A stretch of 64,000 nt of DNA, from NCBI GenBank assembly GCA_013415865.1, contig CP058896.1:843957-907956 (forward strand). Reading direction: 5' to 3'. The first letter of the stretch is position 1; each line of letters begins with the position of its first letter. The notes beneath the pieces are model-generated. The model saw only the letters and a program-made list of their open reading frames with translations, did not search any database and had not been told where the DNA came from. The translations under genes and the position numbers were made by a program. The stretch comes from Methanomassiliicoccales archaeon. Its GTDB lineage: Archaea; Thermoplasmatota; Thermoplasmata; Methanomassiliicoccales; UBA472. This document shows positions 1-7,877 of the stretch, piece after piece.

Positions 1-1
1 A

Positions 2-1318
2 CTTAGGACGAACAAAGCCTATGACCGTTGGGCCAAGCGGTTCATGGAGAGCGTCAGGGAGTTTGACTCCAAGGACCTCAGGTCGATGACGCCGCAACAG
101 CTCCATGAAGAGTTCAAGAGGCTTGAGAACGACTATCTGAAACACTTCCGCCTGATAAGGTACGGGATGGTCACACACTCGATCGGGATGAACCTCATGG
201 TCAAACGCTGGTTGACCGACTGGCTTGATGATGAATCGGGGGTCTTGTACTCGAAGGTGATCTCCGGCCTTAAAGGGAACAAGACCATCGAGACGAACAT
301 CGCGCTCTCCAAGCTCGCTGACAAGGCAAGGGACGATGCGTATGTCCTTGCGGGCCTGTCGGGGCTCAGCTCCTCCGATTTCCTTCATAAGATGAGGACC
401 GATGAGAGGATGGTGGCCTTCAGGGCCGAGTTCGAGGGCTTCCTAAGATCATATGGACAAAGGTCGCACACCAGGGAGATATATTTCCCGAGATGGAGGG
501 ACGACCAGACGCTCGTTGTCGACATACTGAGGGCGTTGGTCCGGTCGTCAAGGCTGGACCTGGAGAAGGTCGAGGTGCAGAAGATCGAGGAACGAAAGAA
601 GGCCGAGAAGGAGATACTTGACAGGATAGGGAAGATGAGGTTCGGCCCCTTCCGTAAGATCGTCTTCAGGACCGTTCTCAGCTATGCCCAGACATACCTG
701 ATGTTCCGTGAGAACCAGAGGTTCTATCTTGACCATATCTTGGATGTCTGGCGCAGGCTGTTCATGGAATATGGACGGAGGTTCGCTGAGGAGGGTATGA
801 TAGAGGCGCCAGAGGATATATTCTTCCTGTCCAAAGAGGAAATATTTGATCTGGCAGAGAAAAACGGAGGGTCTGTCAGGAAGACCGTTGCATCACGGAA
901 AAAGGAGTTCGATAGGTACAAGGACAGGCTGCCCCCCAAATTCCTCAGGGGAAATGTCGAGTTCGATGATACTGTCATCTGGCAAGGGAATGTGATGAAA
1001 ATAACAGGTACCTCTGCCAGTCCTGGGACGTTCACCGGGACGGCACGGGTCGTTGGTTCCATCGAGGACCTGCCCGAGGTCATGGAGAACGAAATATTGA
1101 TCACGAGCAACACGGACCCTGGCTGGACAGCTGTTTTCAGCAAGATCGGTGGGCTGATAACCGAGACTGGCGGGATCCTGTCCCATGGGGCCGTGGTCTC
1201 GAGAGAATACGGCATCCCGGCCGTGACGGCAGTGAAGGGTGCGACGAAAATCTTCAAGACAGGGCAGAGAATAACCCTTGACGGCAACGAAGGCGCTATC
1301 TACATAATGGAAGGTTGA
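2..1318 (+). CDS. PEP-utilising enzyme family protein (PpsA / rifampicin-phosphotransferase-like), 5' end cut by window edge
   Basis: Reading frame is open from nt 2 (LRTNKAYDRWAKRF precedes the first Met at 44). C-terminal swivel phosphohistidine domain motif TSNTDPGWTAVFSKIGGLITETGGILSHGAVVSREYGIPAV. Confidence 0.8.
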   Translation, partial: LRTNKAYDRWAKRFMESVREFDSKDLRSMTPQQLHEEFKRLENDYLKHFRLIRYGMVTHSIGMNLMVKRWLTDWLDDESGVLYSKVISGLKGNKTIETNIALSKLADKARDDAYVLAGLSGLSSSDFLHKMRTDERMVAFRAEFEGFLRSYGQRSHTREIYFPRWRDDQTLVVDILRALVRSSRLDLEKVEVQKIEERKKAEKEILDRIGKMRFGPFRKIVFRTVLSYAQTYLMFRENQRFYLDHILDVWRRLFMEYGRRFAEEGMIEAPEDIFFLSKEEIFDLAEKNGGSVRKTVASRKKEFDRYKDRLPPKFLRGNVEFDDTVIWQGNVMKITGTSASPGTFTGTARVVGSIEDLPEVMENEILITSNTDPGWTAVFSKIGGLITETGGILSHGAVVSREYGIPAVTAVKGATKIFKTGQRITLDGNEGAIYIMEG

Positions 1319-1323
1319 CCGAA

Positions 1324-2235
1324 ATGGAGTATGATGTATTGCATGAGGCTGGAGAACAGAACGACTGGAACGAAAGTTTCTATTTCAATTTCTATGACCG
1401 CGGCAACGATCTGACCGGCTTCATGAGGATCGGGCTCGTCCCAAACAAGAAGCAGAAGAACGTATTCGCATATCTGATGTTGCCCGACGGTTCCATTGCT
1501 GGGCTGAAGGACGTCGTCGAGATGAGCGATAATGAGCTCTCGGCCAAAGGCCTTGTGCTTGAGAAGCTGGAGGCCGATAAGAAGTGGAAGATGAAATTCT
1601 CAGGCCAGGTCATGAGGTTGCATAAAGGAGAGCAGACACAGGTCGAGGCCAGCTTCGACCTCGAGTTCGTCGCGCTCAACGAGCCTTTCGATTACCGCAA
1701 GTGCGTGACGACCCCCGAGAAGGAGAAGATATCCCAGGCGGTGGCCTCAGAGCACATCGAGCAGGTCGGTTCGATAACCGGGACCGTCAAGGTCGGGGAC
1801 AGGGAGTACACCGTTAGGGCGCTGGGGGAAAGGGACCACTCATGGGGACCGAGGGACTGGACAGCGCCAAGGTTCTGGCTGTGGGTCACCTGTCAGTTCA
1901 ATGAGGGCTACGCGTTCAATATCACCAAGCTAGAGATGGACAAAGGAGAGGTGGACGCCGGGTTCCTGTTCATGGACGGGCAGAACATCCCGATCGTCAA
2001 GGTGGACATCGCCAAAGAGCTCCATGCTGATGGCAGCCCCAGCGAGCTGTACATGGCCATGTACGATGCGGAGGGGAATGTGTACGGCATCAAGGGGGTC
2101 ACAAAGCACAAAGCGATGCTAAGGTTCGATGGGGAGGACAAGAAGCATCACGCGGTCATGTGGGAGACCTTGACGAAGTTCAAGCTGGATGACGAGGTCG
2201 GATATGGTATCGCCGAGTATCTGTTCCGCATGTGA
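1324..2235 (+). CDS. conserved hypothetical beta-rich protein, tightly coupled to the upstream PEP-utilising enzyme
   Basis: ORF 1315-2235. First ATG is at 1324, 5 nt after the upstream stop (1316-1318). Motif GERDHSWGPRDW. Only a faint resemblance to AttH/CrtC-like proteins; no family assigned. Confidence 0.6.
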   Translation: MEYDVLHEAGEQNDWNESFYFNFYDRGNDLTGFMRIGLVPNKKQKNVFAYLMLPDGSIAGLKDVVEMSDNELSAKGLVLEKLEADKKWKMKFSGQVMRLHKGEQTQVEASFDLEFVALNEPFDYRKCVTTPEKEKISQAVASEHIEQVGSITGTVKVGDREYTVRALGERDHSWGPRDWTAPRFWLWVTCQFNEGYAFNITKLEMDKGEVDAGFLFMDGQNIPIVKVDIAKELHADGSPSELYMAMYDAEGNVYGIKGVTKHKAMLRFDGEDKKHHAVMWETLTKFKLDDEVGYGIAEYLFRM

Positions 2236-2578
2236 GCGGAGAGGGGGGCGGTCGATCTTTCATTCTCCAGGGCCAGAGCTCTGAGATAAGTGCCCTGGCC
2301 ATCAATTGCTTTAACCAGAAAGATAATGAGGTCGAAGAGGAATATTTTGCCGACAGCTCTCTGGCAATCTTTTTTCCATCCCTTTGGAGATCGACGTGCG
2401 GTAGGATCTTCTCTACGCCTTCAGTGTTCTTTGCCTCACCTTTAGTTAGGTAATCCCTAGGTTCAATAGCAGCCCCGGATCTGTGGCAACAGCATATAGG
2501 ATCGTCGACCTTTCCTATTCCTTGAGTCAGCTTGTAATTCTCATCGCTATGGTCGTTGAGATGGCCACCGCCGATCAC
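2180..2578 (-). pseudogene. unassigned ORF, possibly a decayed gene remnant
   Basis: 132-codon GTG-initiated ORF with no recognisable family. Its 3' end overlaps the convergent gene by 56 nt. The same frame continues upstream across an in-frame TAA (2642-2644). Surrounding 2236-3031 is broken in all frames. Confidence 0.2.
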
Positions 2579-3031
2579 GGTCTTCTGAAGCCCTCCTAGG
2601 CCAAGGTCGATACATACTCCCTTGTCAGATCGGATGATTCTTTATCGGACTTTATAGGACATCCCGCCGCCTTGAGGGACCTGTAGAACGCCGCCACGGA
2701 CTGACCTTACTTCTCTCCTTCCTGGGCATTGCATAAGACCATGGTCAACGCCTCCGACGGGCCGTTATCTTCTCAGAGAGCATCTCGAATCTTGATACCG
2801 ACCTGAATTATTGACAGTGGTCCATCAAGCGGAAATACCTTTGAACCGTTTCATAGAACTGGAAGAGCTGCCCCACGAGCTCAGAATAGGGCATGGCGAC
2901 CTCCCGGAGAGCGTTTTCAAGCTGTTCCTCCTTTTTGATGAGCTCCTCGATCTTCTTCCCATTGTCCCCTCCCCCTCAGGCACGGTCGCTTCGTTCGTCA
3001 GGCAAGGATTTAAGATGTTTCTCCATATGGG

Positions 3032-3709
3032 ATGACCATGGGCAGGGCCAGGAACTTGATCGTGCCGACCGGACATCACGGTGTTTTCACGGATGGCAGC
3101 ATGCTCTTCACCAGAAACTCGGTGCCAAATGACAGGGTCTACGGGGAGAGGCTTTATGACCAGGAAGGTGTGGAATATAGAGAATGGGTGCCGAGCCGGA
3201 GCAAGCTGGCAGCTTATCTGAGAAAGGGCGGAGAGAGCTTTCCTTTCAAAGAAGGTACGACGGTCCTATACCTCGGGGCGGCGAGCGGTACCACGTCCAG
3301 TCATGTGGCCGACATCGTGGGGAAAGGGACGGTCTATTGTGTAGAGGTCTCGCCAAGGTCTTTCAGGGACCTCGTCGCCGTTTGCGAGAAGAGAAAAAAC
3401 ATGGTTCCTGTCCTCTCAGATGCCACCAGACCTGAGGACTACTCGTTCATCGTTGAGTCGCCAGATATCCTCTATCAGGACATAGCACAGAAGGGGCAGG
3501 CAGCGATATTTGTTAAGAACATGAGGGCTTTCGGAATAAAGGAGGGGATGCTCACGGTCAAGGCCCGCTCTGAAGATGTCACAAAAGACCCTAAGGAGGT
3601 CTTCGCTGACGTGACCTCTCAATTGGAAAGATCTGGGTTCAAGGTCGTCGAGCTCGTCGATCTTGATCCCTTCGAGAAAGACCATGCAATGGCCGTGGTG
3701 AGGGCTTGA
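3032..3709 (+). CDS. flpA: fibrillarin-like rRNA/tRNA 2'-O-methyltransferase
   Basis: SAM-binding motif VLYLGAASGTTSSHVADIV, plus VYCVEVSPRSFRDL and VPVLSDATRPEDY. Typical archaeal fibrillarin length. Confidence 0.95.
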   Translation: MTMGRARNLIVPTGHHGVFTDGSMLFTRNSVPNDRVYGERLYDQEGVEYREWVPSRSKLAAYLRKGGESFPFKEGTTVLYLGAASGTTSSHVADIVGKGTVYCVEVSPRSFRDLVAVCEKRKNMVPVLSDATRPEDYSFIVESPDILYQDIAQKGQAAIFVKNMRAFGIKEGMLTVKARSEDVTKDPKEVFADVTSQLERSGFKVVELVDLDPFEKDHAMAVVRA

Positions 3710-4083
3710 CTGACTTCGTCTATGCTATCGCATTCGTCGGGGACAGGTTCCTGATGGTCATGAACCCGAAAAGGGGAGGGTGGGAGATGCCAGGAGGCCA
3801 TGTCGAAGAGGGGGAGGATGCCGAGACCGCCATAGTGCGCGAGTTCAAGGAGGAGACGGGGCAGATCTTCCTGCCCATGATGGCAATGAGGTATGGCTAT
3901 GGCGCGGTATTCGCAGGTATGATGAAGGAGACGGATGAGCGAGGAGAGATGGAATGGGGCCTTTTCGATTCTTTGCCCAGGGACCTTTCCTTCCCTGAGG
4001 TCGAATACCTCGCTCAGGTCGATTGGGCCAGAAAAGCGGTCAAAGGCGGGTTTCAAGGGGCTCGGGAAAAATCAAAGTCTTAA
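3706..4083 (+). CDS. NUDIX hydrolase
   Basis: Nudix box GGHVEEGEDAETAIVREFKEETG. TTG start overlaps the flpA stop by 4 nt. Confidence 0.85.
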   Translation: MTDFVYAIAFVGDRFLMVMNPKRGGWEMPGGHVEEGEDAETAIVREFKEETGQIFLPMMAMRYGYGAVFAGMMKETDERGEMEWGLFDSLPRDLSFPEVEYLAQVDWARKAVKGGFQGAREKSKS

Positions 4084-4157
4084 ATATTAGTAGTTAAATT
4101 GGCAGTCGCTTCGCCACAGCAGAAACGCTTTATTGAATTCATGGAAGGTTGACATTC

Positions 4158-4613
4158 ATGGCAAAGATGCACGCCAGGAGAAGGGGCAAGGCCGGATCTA
4201 AGAGGCCTATGGTCAGTGAGAACCCCGAGTGGGTACCTGTTCCCCCGGAAGAGATAACCCAGCTTGTACTGAGGTACGGTAAGGAAGGCATGCCGACCGC
4301 CAAGATCGGAATGGTCCTCCGCGACCAGTACGCTGTTCCAGACGTTCGTCTGGCGACCGGCAAGACCATCCTTGAGATACTCAAGGAGAACAACATAGCC
4401 CCGAAGCTGCCCGAGGACCTCGTGGCCCTGATGAAGAGGGCCATAGAGCTAAATGTCCACGTGGTCGAGAACCCTAAGGACATGGCCAACAAGCGCGGTC
4501 TTCAGCTGATAGAGGCGAAGATAAGGCGCCTCGTGAAGTACTACAAACGCGAGGAGATACTTCCGGCCGATTGGGAATATTCTCTAAAGAACGCAGAACT
4601 GTTGATCGAGTGA
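4158..4613 (+). CDS. rps15: 30S ribosomal protein S15 (uS15 / S13e type)
   Basis: MAKMHARRRGKAGSKRP N-terminus and the conserved C-terminal S15 fold sequence. ATG at 4158 lies inside the longer TTG ORF starting at 4149. Confidence 0.95.
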   Translation: MAKMHARRRGKAGSKRPMVSENPEWVPVPPEEITQLVLRYGKEGMPTAKIGMVLRDQYAVPDVRLATGKTILEILKENNIAPKLPEDLVALMKRAIELNVHVVENPKDMANKRGLQLIEAKIRRLVKYYKREEILPADWEYSLKNAELLIE

Positions 4614-4620
4614 GGCGTTC

Positions 4621-5985
4621 ATGGACGAAGCTGTCCAGCTTCCCCCAAACCTCTTAATGCGTTTCAAAAAGGCGGCAGAGGCCGTGGAAAAGGCAACGAG
4701 CGTGCGGGTCATCTCGCACAACGATGCGGACGGCATCTGCTCCGCCAGTATCATCTGTTCTATGCTTTTTAGAAAGTGTAAGCAGTTCCAATGCTCGATG
4801 GTGAAAGGTTTCGATGAAAATTTTGTGAGAGGGTCGGTCGAGGGCCACGACCTGCTCATCATCTCGGACATGGGGTCTAACAACCTTGATGTATTGGAAT
4901 CGCTGGGGATCGCCGTTGTGGTACTGGACCACCATAAACCTGAAAGGGATTCCGATAGGACCGTTCATTGCAATCCTCATATTTTTGGCATCGATGGGGC
5001 GACAGAGGGGTGTGCGAGCTCGTTGGCCCTCCTGTTGGCGGTAACGGTGTCCGAGAGCAACTGGGACCTGAGCGGGGCCTCATTTGGGGGCATCGTTGGG
5101 GACAGGCAGCATCTCCGAGGCATGGCCGGGATAAATGCATACCTGCTGCAGGGCGCCTCGAAAAGGAAGATGATCGAAGAAAGACCAGGCCAGATCATCA
5201 CCGATGGCCCTTTGAGAGATGCTCTCTATGCGACCACGGAGCCGTTCATCGTCGGTGTGAGCGGGGACAGGCAGGGTGTAGACCGGCTTTTGGCCGACGC
5301 TCGGGTCCTGGACAACCTTCCATATGACTCATTGGAAGAGGAAGAGAAGGTGCGATTGAACTCGCTGATAGTCCTTAGACTTCTGGAGCAGGGGGTCGGG
5401 CTGGCAAACCTTGAGGAGCTGCTGAGCAACAGATACTACTCGCCCGATAGAAAGGTGTATTCGAAGGACGTCGCCAATGCCGTCAACGCCTGCGGCAAGT
5501 CAGAGAATCAGGGTGTGGGGCTGGCGATGCTCATGGGGGACGTGAAGGCGTCCGAGCGGGCCTGGAAGCTCAAGGACGAATTCCAGAAGCAGCTGTTGGC
5601 CAACTGCATCGCCGTCAATGATAGAGGTCTCCTTCATGCCGAGAACTTCCAATACTTCGTAAGCCCGGACATTGACGTCTCGTCCGAGACCTGCGGTACG
5701 ATGATGCAGTGGGTCGGGGACCAGACGAAGCCCACGGTCTCCCTGGCGCACAAGGGAGGTGAGGTCCGCATCTCATCGAGGGCGAACCGTCATATCGTCG
5801 ACCACCTGGGGATCGACCTTGGGGCGGCGCTAAAGGAGGCGACCGCGAAGGTCGGGGGAAGCGGGGGAGGGCACAACATCGCCAGCGGTGGCAGGATCCC
5901 GCTTGGGAAAGAAGACGCTTTCCTCAAGGAGCTCGACCGGGCGCTTGGGGAACAGAAGCGGGAAAAGACCTACGCGGCCAAGTGA
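4621..5985 (+). CDS. DHH-family RecJ-like phosphoesterase/exonuclease
   Basis: DHH motifs ISHNDADGICSA, ISDMGS, VVLDHHKP and C-terminal GGGHNIASGG. Located directly after rps15. Confidence 0.85.
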   Translation: MDEAVQLPPNLLMRFKKAAEAVEKATSVRVISHNDADGICSASIICSMLFRKCKQFQCSMVKGFDENFVRGSVEGHDLLIISDMGSNNLDVLESLGIAVVVLDHHKPERDSDRTVHCNPHIFGIDGATEGCASSLALLLAVTVSESNWDLSGASFGGIVGDRQHLRGMAGINAYLLQGASKRKMIEERPGQIITDGPLRDALYATTEPFIVGVSGDRQGVDRLLADARVLDNLPYDSLEEEEKVRLNSLIVLRLLEQGVGLANLEELLSNRYYSPDRKVYSKDVANAVNACGKSENQGVGLAMLMGDVKASERAWKLKDEFQKQLLANCIAVNDRGLLHAENFQYFVSPDIDVSSETCGTMMQWVGDQTKPTVSLAHKGGEVRISSRANRHIVDHLGIDLGAALKEATAKVGGSGGGHNIASGGRIPLGKEDAFLKELDRALGEQKREKTYAAK

Positions 5986-6966
5986 TCAACGCCATGATAC
6001 GGCCACGTCATCGGTCCTGAACCTTTGGTCTATCATCGTCTCATTAATGCCCATCCTCACTCCGGCCTTGTGCATCACCAGGCCGGTCCAGGCTATCATT
6101 GCCCCATTGTCCATGCACAACGTCCTGTCCGGGACGAACATCTTGGCCCCCCGGTCCGAGGTCATACGGGCCACCATCTCCTGAAGGCGTTTGTTCTGCA
6201 CGACCCCGCCCCCCAAGAGGACCTCGTCCTTCTCGATGTGCGCCATTGCCCTTTCTGTGACCTCGCAGAGCATGGCAAAGGTGGTCTCCTGGACACTGAA
6301 GCAGATGTCCTCTATCCTTTCACCCTTCGCCCTATGCTGCATCGCCGCGGTCATTATCCCTGAGAAGGCCATGTCCATCCCCTTGACGGAATAGGGGAGA
6401 TCAAGGAGCTTCTCTCCCTCCTTGGCAGCCTTCTCGATCTTAGGCCCTGCGTAATATCCAAGGCCCATCTCTCGGCCTAATTTGTCGAACATGTTGCCTA
6501 TACCGATGTCCAATGTCTCGCCGAATATGCGATATCTTCCATTTGCGAATGCGATGACCTGTGTGTTCCCTCCTGAGGCGTAGAGGAGCACCGGGTCCTT
6601 CGCTTGCGTCTTTATCCTTCCTATCTCCAGATGAGATATGCAGTGGTTGACGCCGATGATGGGGACCCCTAGCGTGAGCGCCATGGCCCTGGCCCCCGTC
6701 GCAACGGTCCTCAGGCAGGGGCCGAGCCCCGGTCCTTGCGAGAAACACACAAGCTCGATGTCTTTGGCAGAGACCTTTGCTTTCTCGAGCGCCTGCATCA
6801 CAAGTGGCACAAGATGCTCGGCGTGATGGTTCGCCGCCTCCCGAGGATGGATGCCGCCCTGTTCCGGCCTGTACATCCTGATCTCGTTGGCAAGGATGTT
6901 GCCCTCCTCATCGACTATGCCCACACCGCACGTGTGCGCGGTGCCCTCAATGCCAAGCGCGATCAT
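5986..6966 (-). CDS. kae1: tRNA N6-adenosine threonylcarbamoyltransferase Kae1
   Basis: [23 protein letters not shown] metal site, [23 protein letters not shown]. No fused Bud32 domain. Confidence 0.95.
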   Translation of the reverse strand: MIALGIEGTAHTCGVGIVDEEGNILANEIRMYRPEQGGIHPREAANHHAEHLVPLVMQALEKAKVSAKDIELVCFSQGPGLGPCLRTVATGARAMALTLGVPIIGVNHCISHLEIGRIKTQAKDPVLLYASGGNTQVIAFANGRYRIFGETLDIGIGNMFDKLGREMGLGYYAGPKIEKAAKEGEKLLDLPYSVKGMDMAFSGIMTAAMQHRAKGERIEDICFSVQETTFAMLCEVTERAMAHIEKDEVLLGGGVVQNKRLQEMVARMTSDRGAKMFVPDRTLCMDNGAMIAWTGLVMHKAGVRMGINETMIDQRFRTDDVAVSWR

Positions 6967-6997
6967 CTAATATGGGTATGAGAACACGGTCTATTAT

Positions 6998-7240
6998 TCA
7001 TTCATTTCCACAGGACAGGCTCTTGAGCTTGTTGAGGATGACTATCGCCCCTTCATATACCTGGTCGTCCACGACGAGTATCGGTGTCGGTTTGTTCAAC
7101 AGCTCATAGTAGGCCGCTTCGGCAAGTCCTTCAGCGGTAGATGTGTCTACCAGGTTGACCTTCAGACCTTCAGGGATCCTCTCTTTCACGTACTCGCACT
7201 TCTGACAAGATGGCTTTGTGAAAAGCAGTATCTCGGGCAT
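6998..7240 (-). CDS. glutaredoxin/thioredoxin-fold small redox protein
   Basis: MPEILLFTKPSCQKCEYVK with a CxxC motif at the start of a roughly 80-aa thioredoxin fold. Start moved to Met20 of ORF 6998-7297. Confidence 0.7.
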   Translation of the reverse strand: MPEILLFTKPSCQKCEYVKERIPEGLKVNLVDTSTAEGLAEAAYYELLNKPTPILVVDDQVYEGAIVILNKLKSLSCGNE

Positions 7241-7426
7241 CCTAATTCCGGAGGGGGTCAATACAGAAGTGAGGTAAATAAGGATATGGTCCATCAAACA
7301 AGGTATGTAGATTGATTTTTGAGGGAGGGGGCCCTGTCGTGGTGGGGCCTAGGCACCACATCCATTCATTTCGGGCGATTGTTTTTATTCTTTGTCCTCT
7401 CATTGTTGGTAGCTAGTGAAGCGACC

Positions 7427-7849
7427 ATGAATAAAAAGATCAAGGACAAGAAGGTCTCGGAGATCATGAAAACAGACCTGATAACAGCGACGGAGGATAT
7501 GACGATCAAAGACCTCAAGGCGCTCTTCGATCGGTATGACTATAATGCTTTCCCGGTCGTAAGGGGGAAGGCCATGGTCGGCATCGTGACCAAGATGGAC
7601 CTTTTCAAGACGTTCTCCACAGGTATGAGATTGACAAGGTCTGGATACTTCAACCTGTGGGCGAACAAGGTGGGCGATATTATGAGGAGGTCGGTTGTCT
7701 TCGTGCATCCAGATGATAGCATATCCAAGGTCATTGATTATATGGTGGAGTTCAAGCTCAGGTCTGTCCCGGTCATTAAGGGCAAAGAGCTTGTAGGCAT
7801 AGTGTCGAGGAGCGACCTTGTTCCACATATGGTCGTGGAAGAGGAGTGA
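7427..7849 (+). CDS. CBS domain pair protein
   Basis: Two CBS repeats (VSEIMKTDLITA...FPVVRGKAMVGIVTKMDL; VGDIMRRSVVFV...VPVIKGKELVGIVSRSDL). Start taken at Met37 of ORF 7319-7849. Confidence 0.85.
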   Translation: MNKKIKDKKVSEIMKTDLITATEDMTIKDLKALFDRYDYNAFPVVRGKAMVGIVTKMDLFKTFSTGMRLTRSGYFNLWANKVGDIMRRSVVFVHPDDSISKVIDYMVEFKLRSVPVIKGKELVGIVSRSDLVPHMVVEEE

Positions 7850-7877
7850 AGTGAACAAATTTCATGAATAGGTGTTC

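Noticed and set aside
2976-2978. In-frame TGA in the 72-codon minus-strand frame upstream of flpA as a possible selenocysteine codon
   Set aside because: No SECIS-like structure was recognised. The putative ATG sits 5 nt from the flpA ATG, leaving no promoter space. The surrounding region is broken in all frames, so decay is the simpler explanation.
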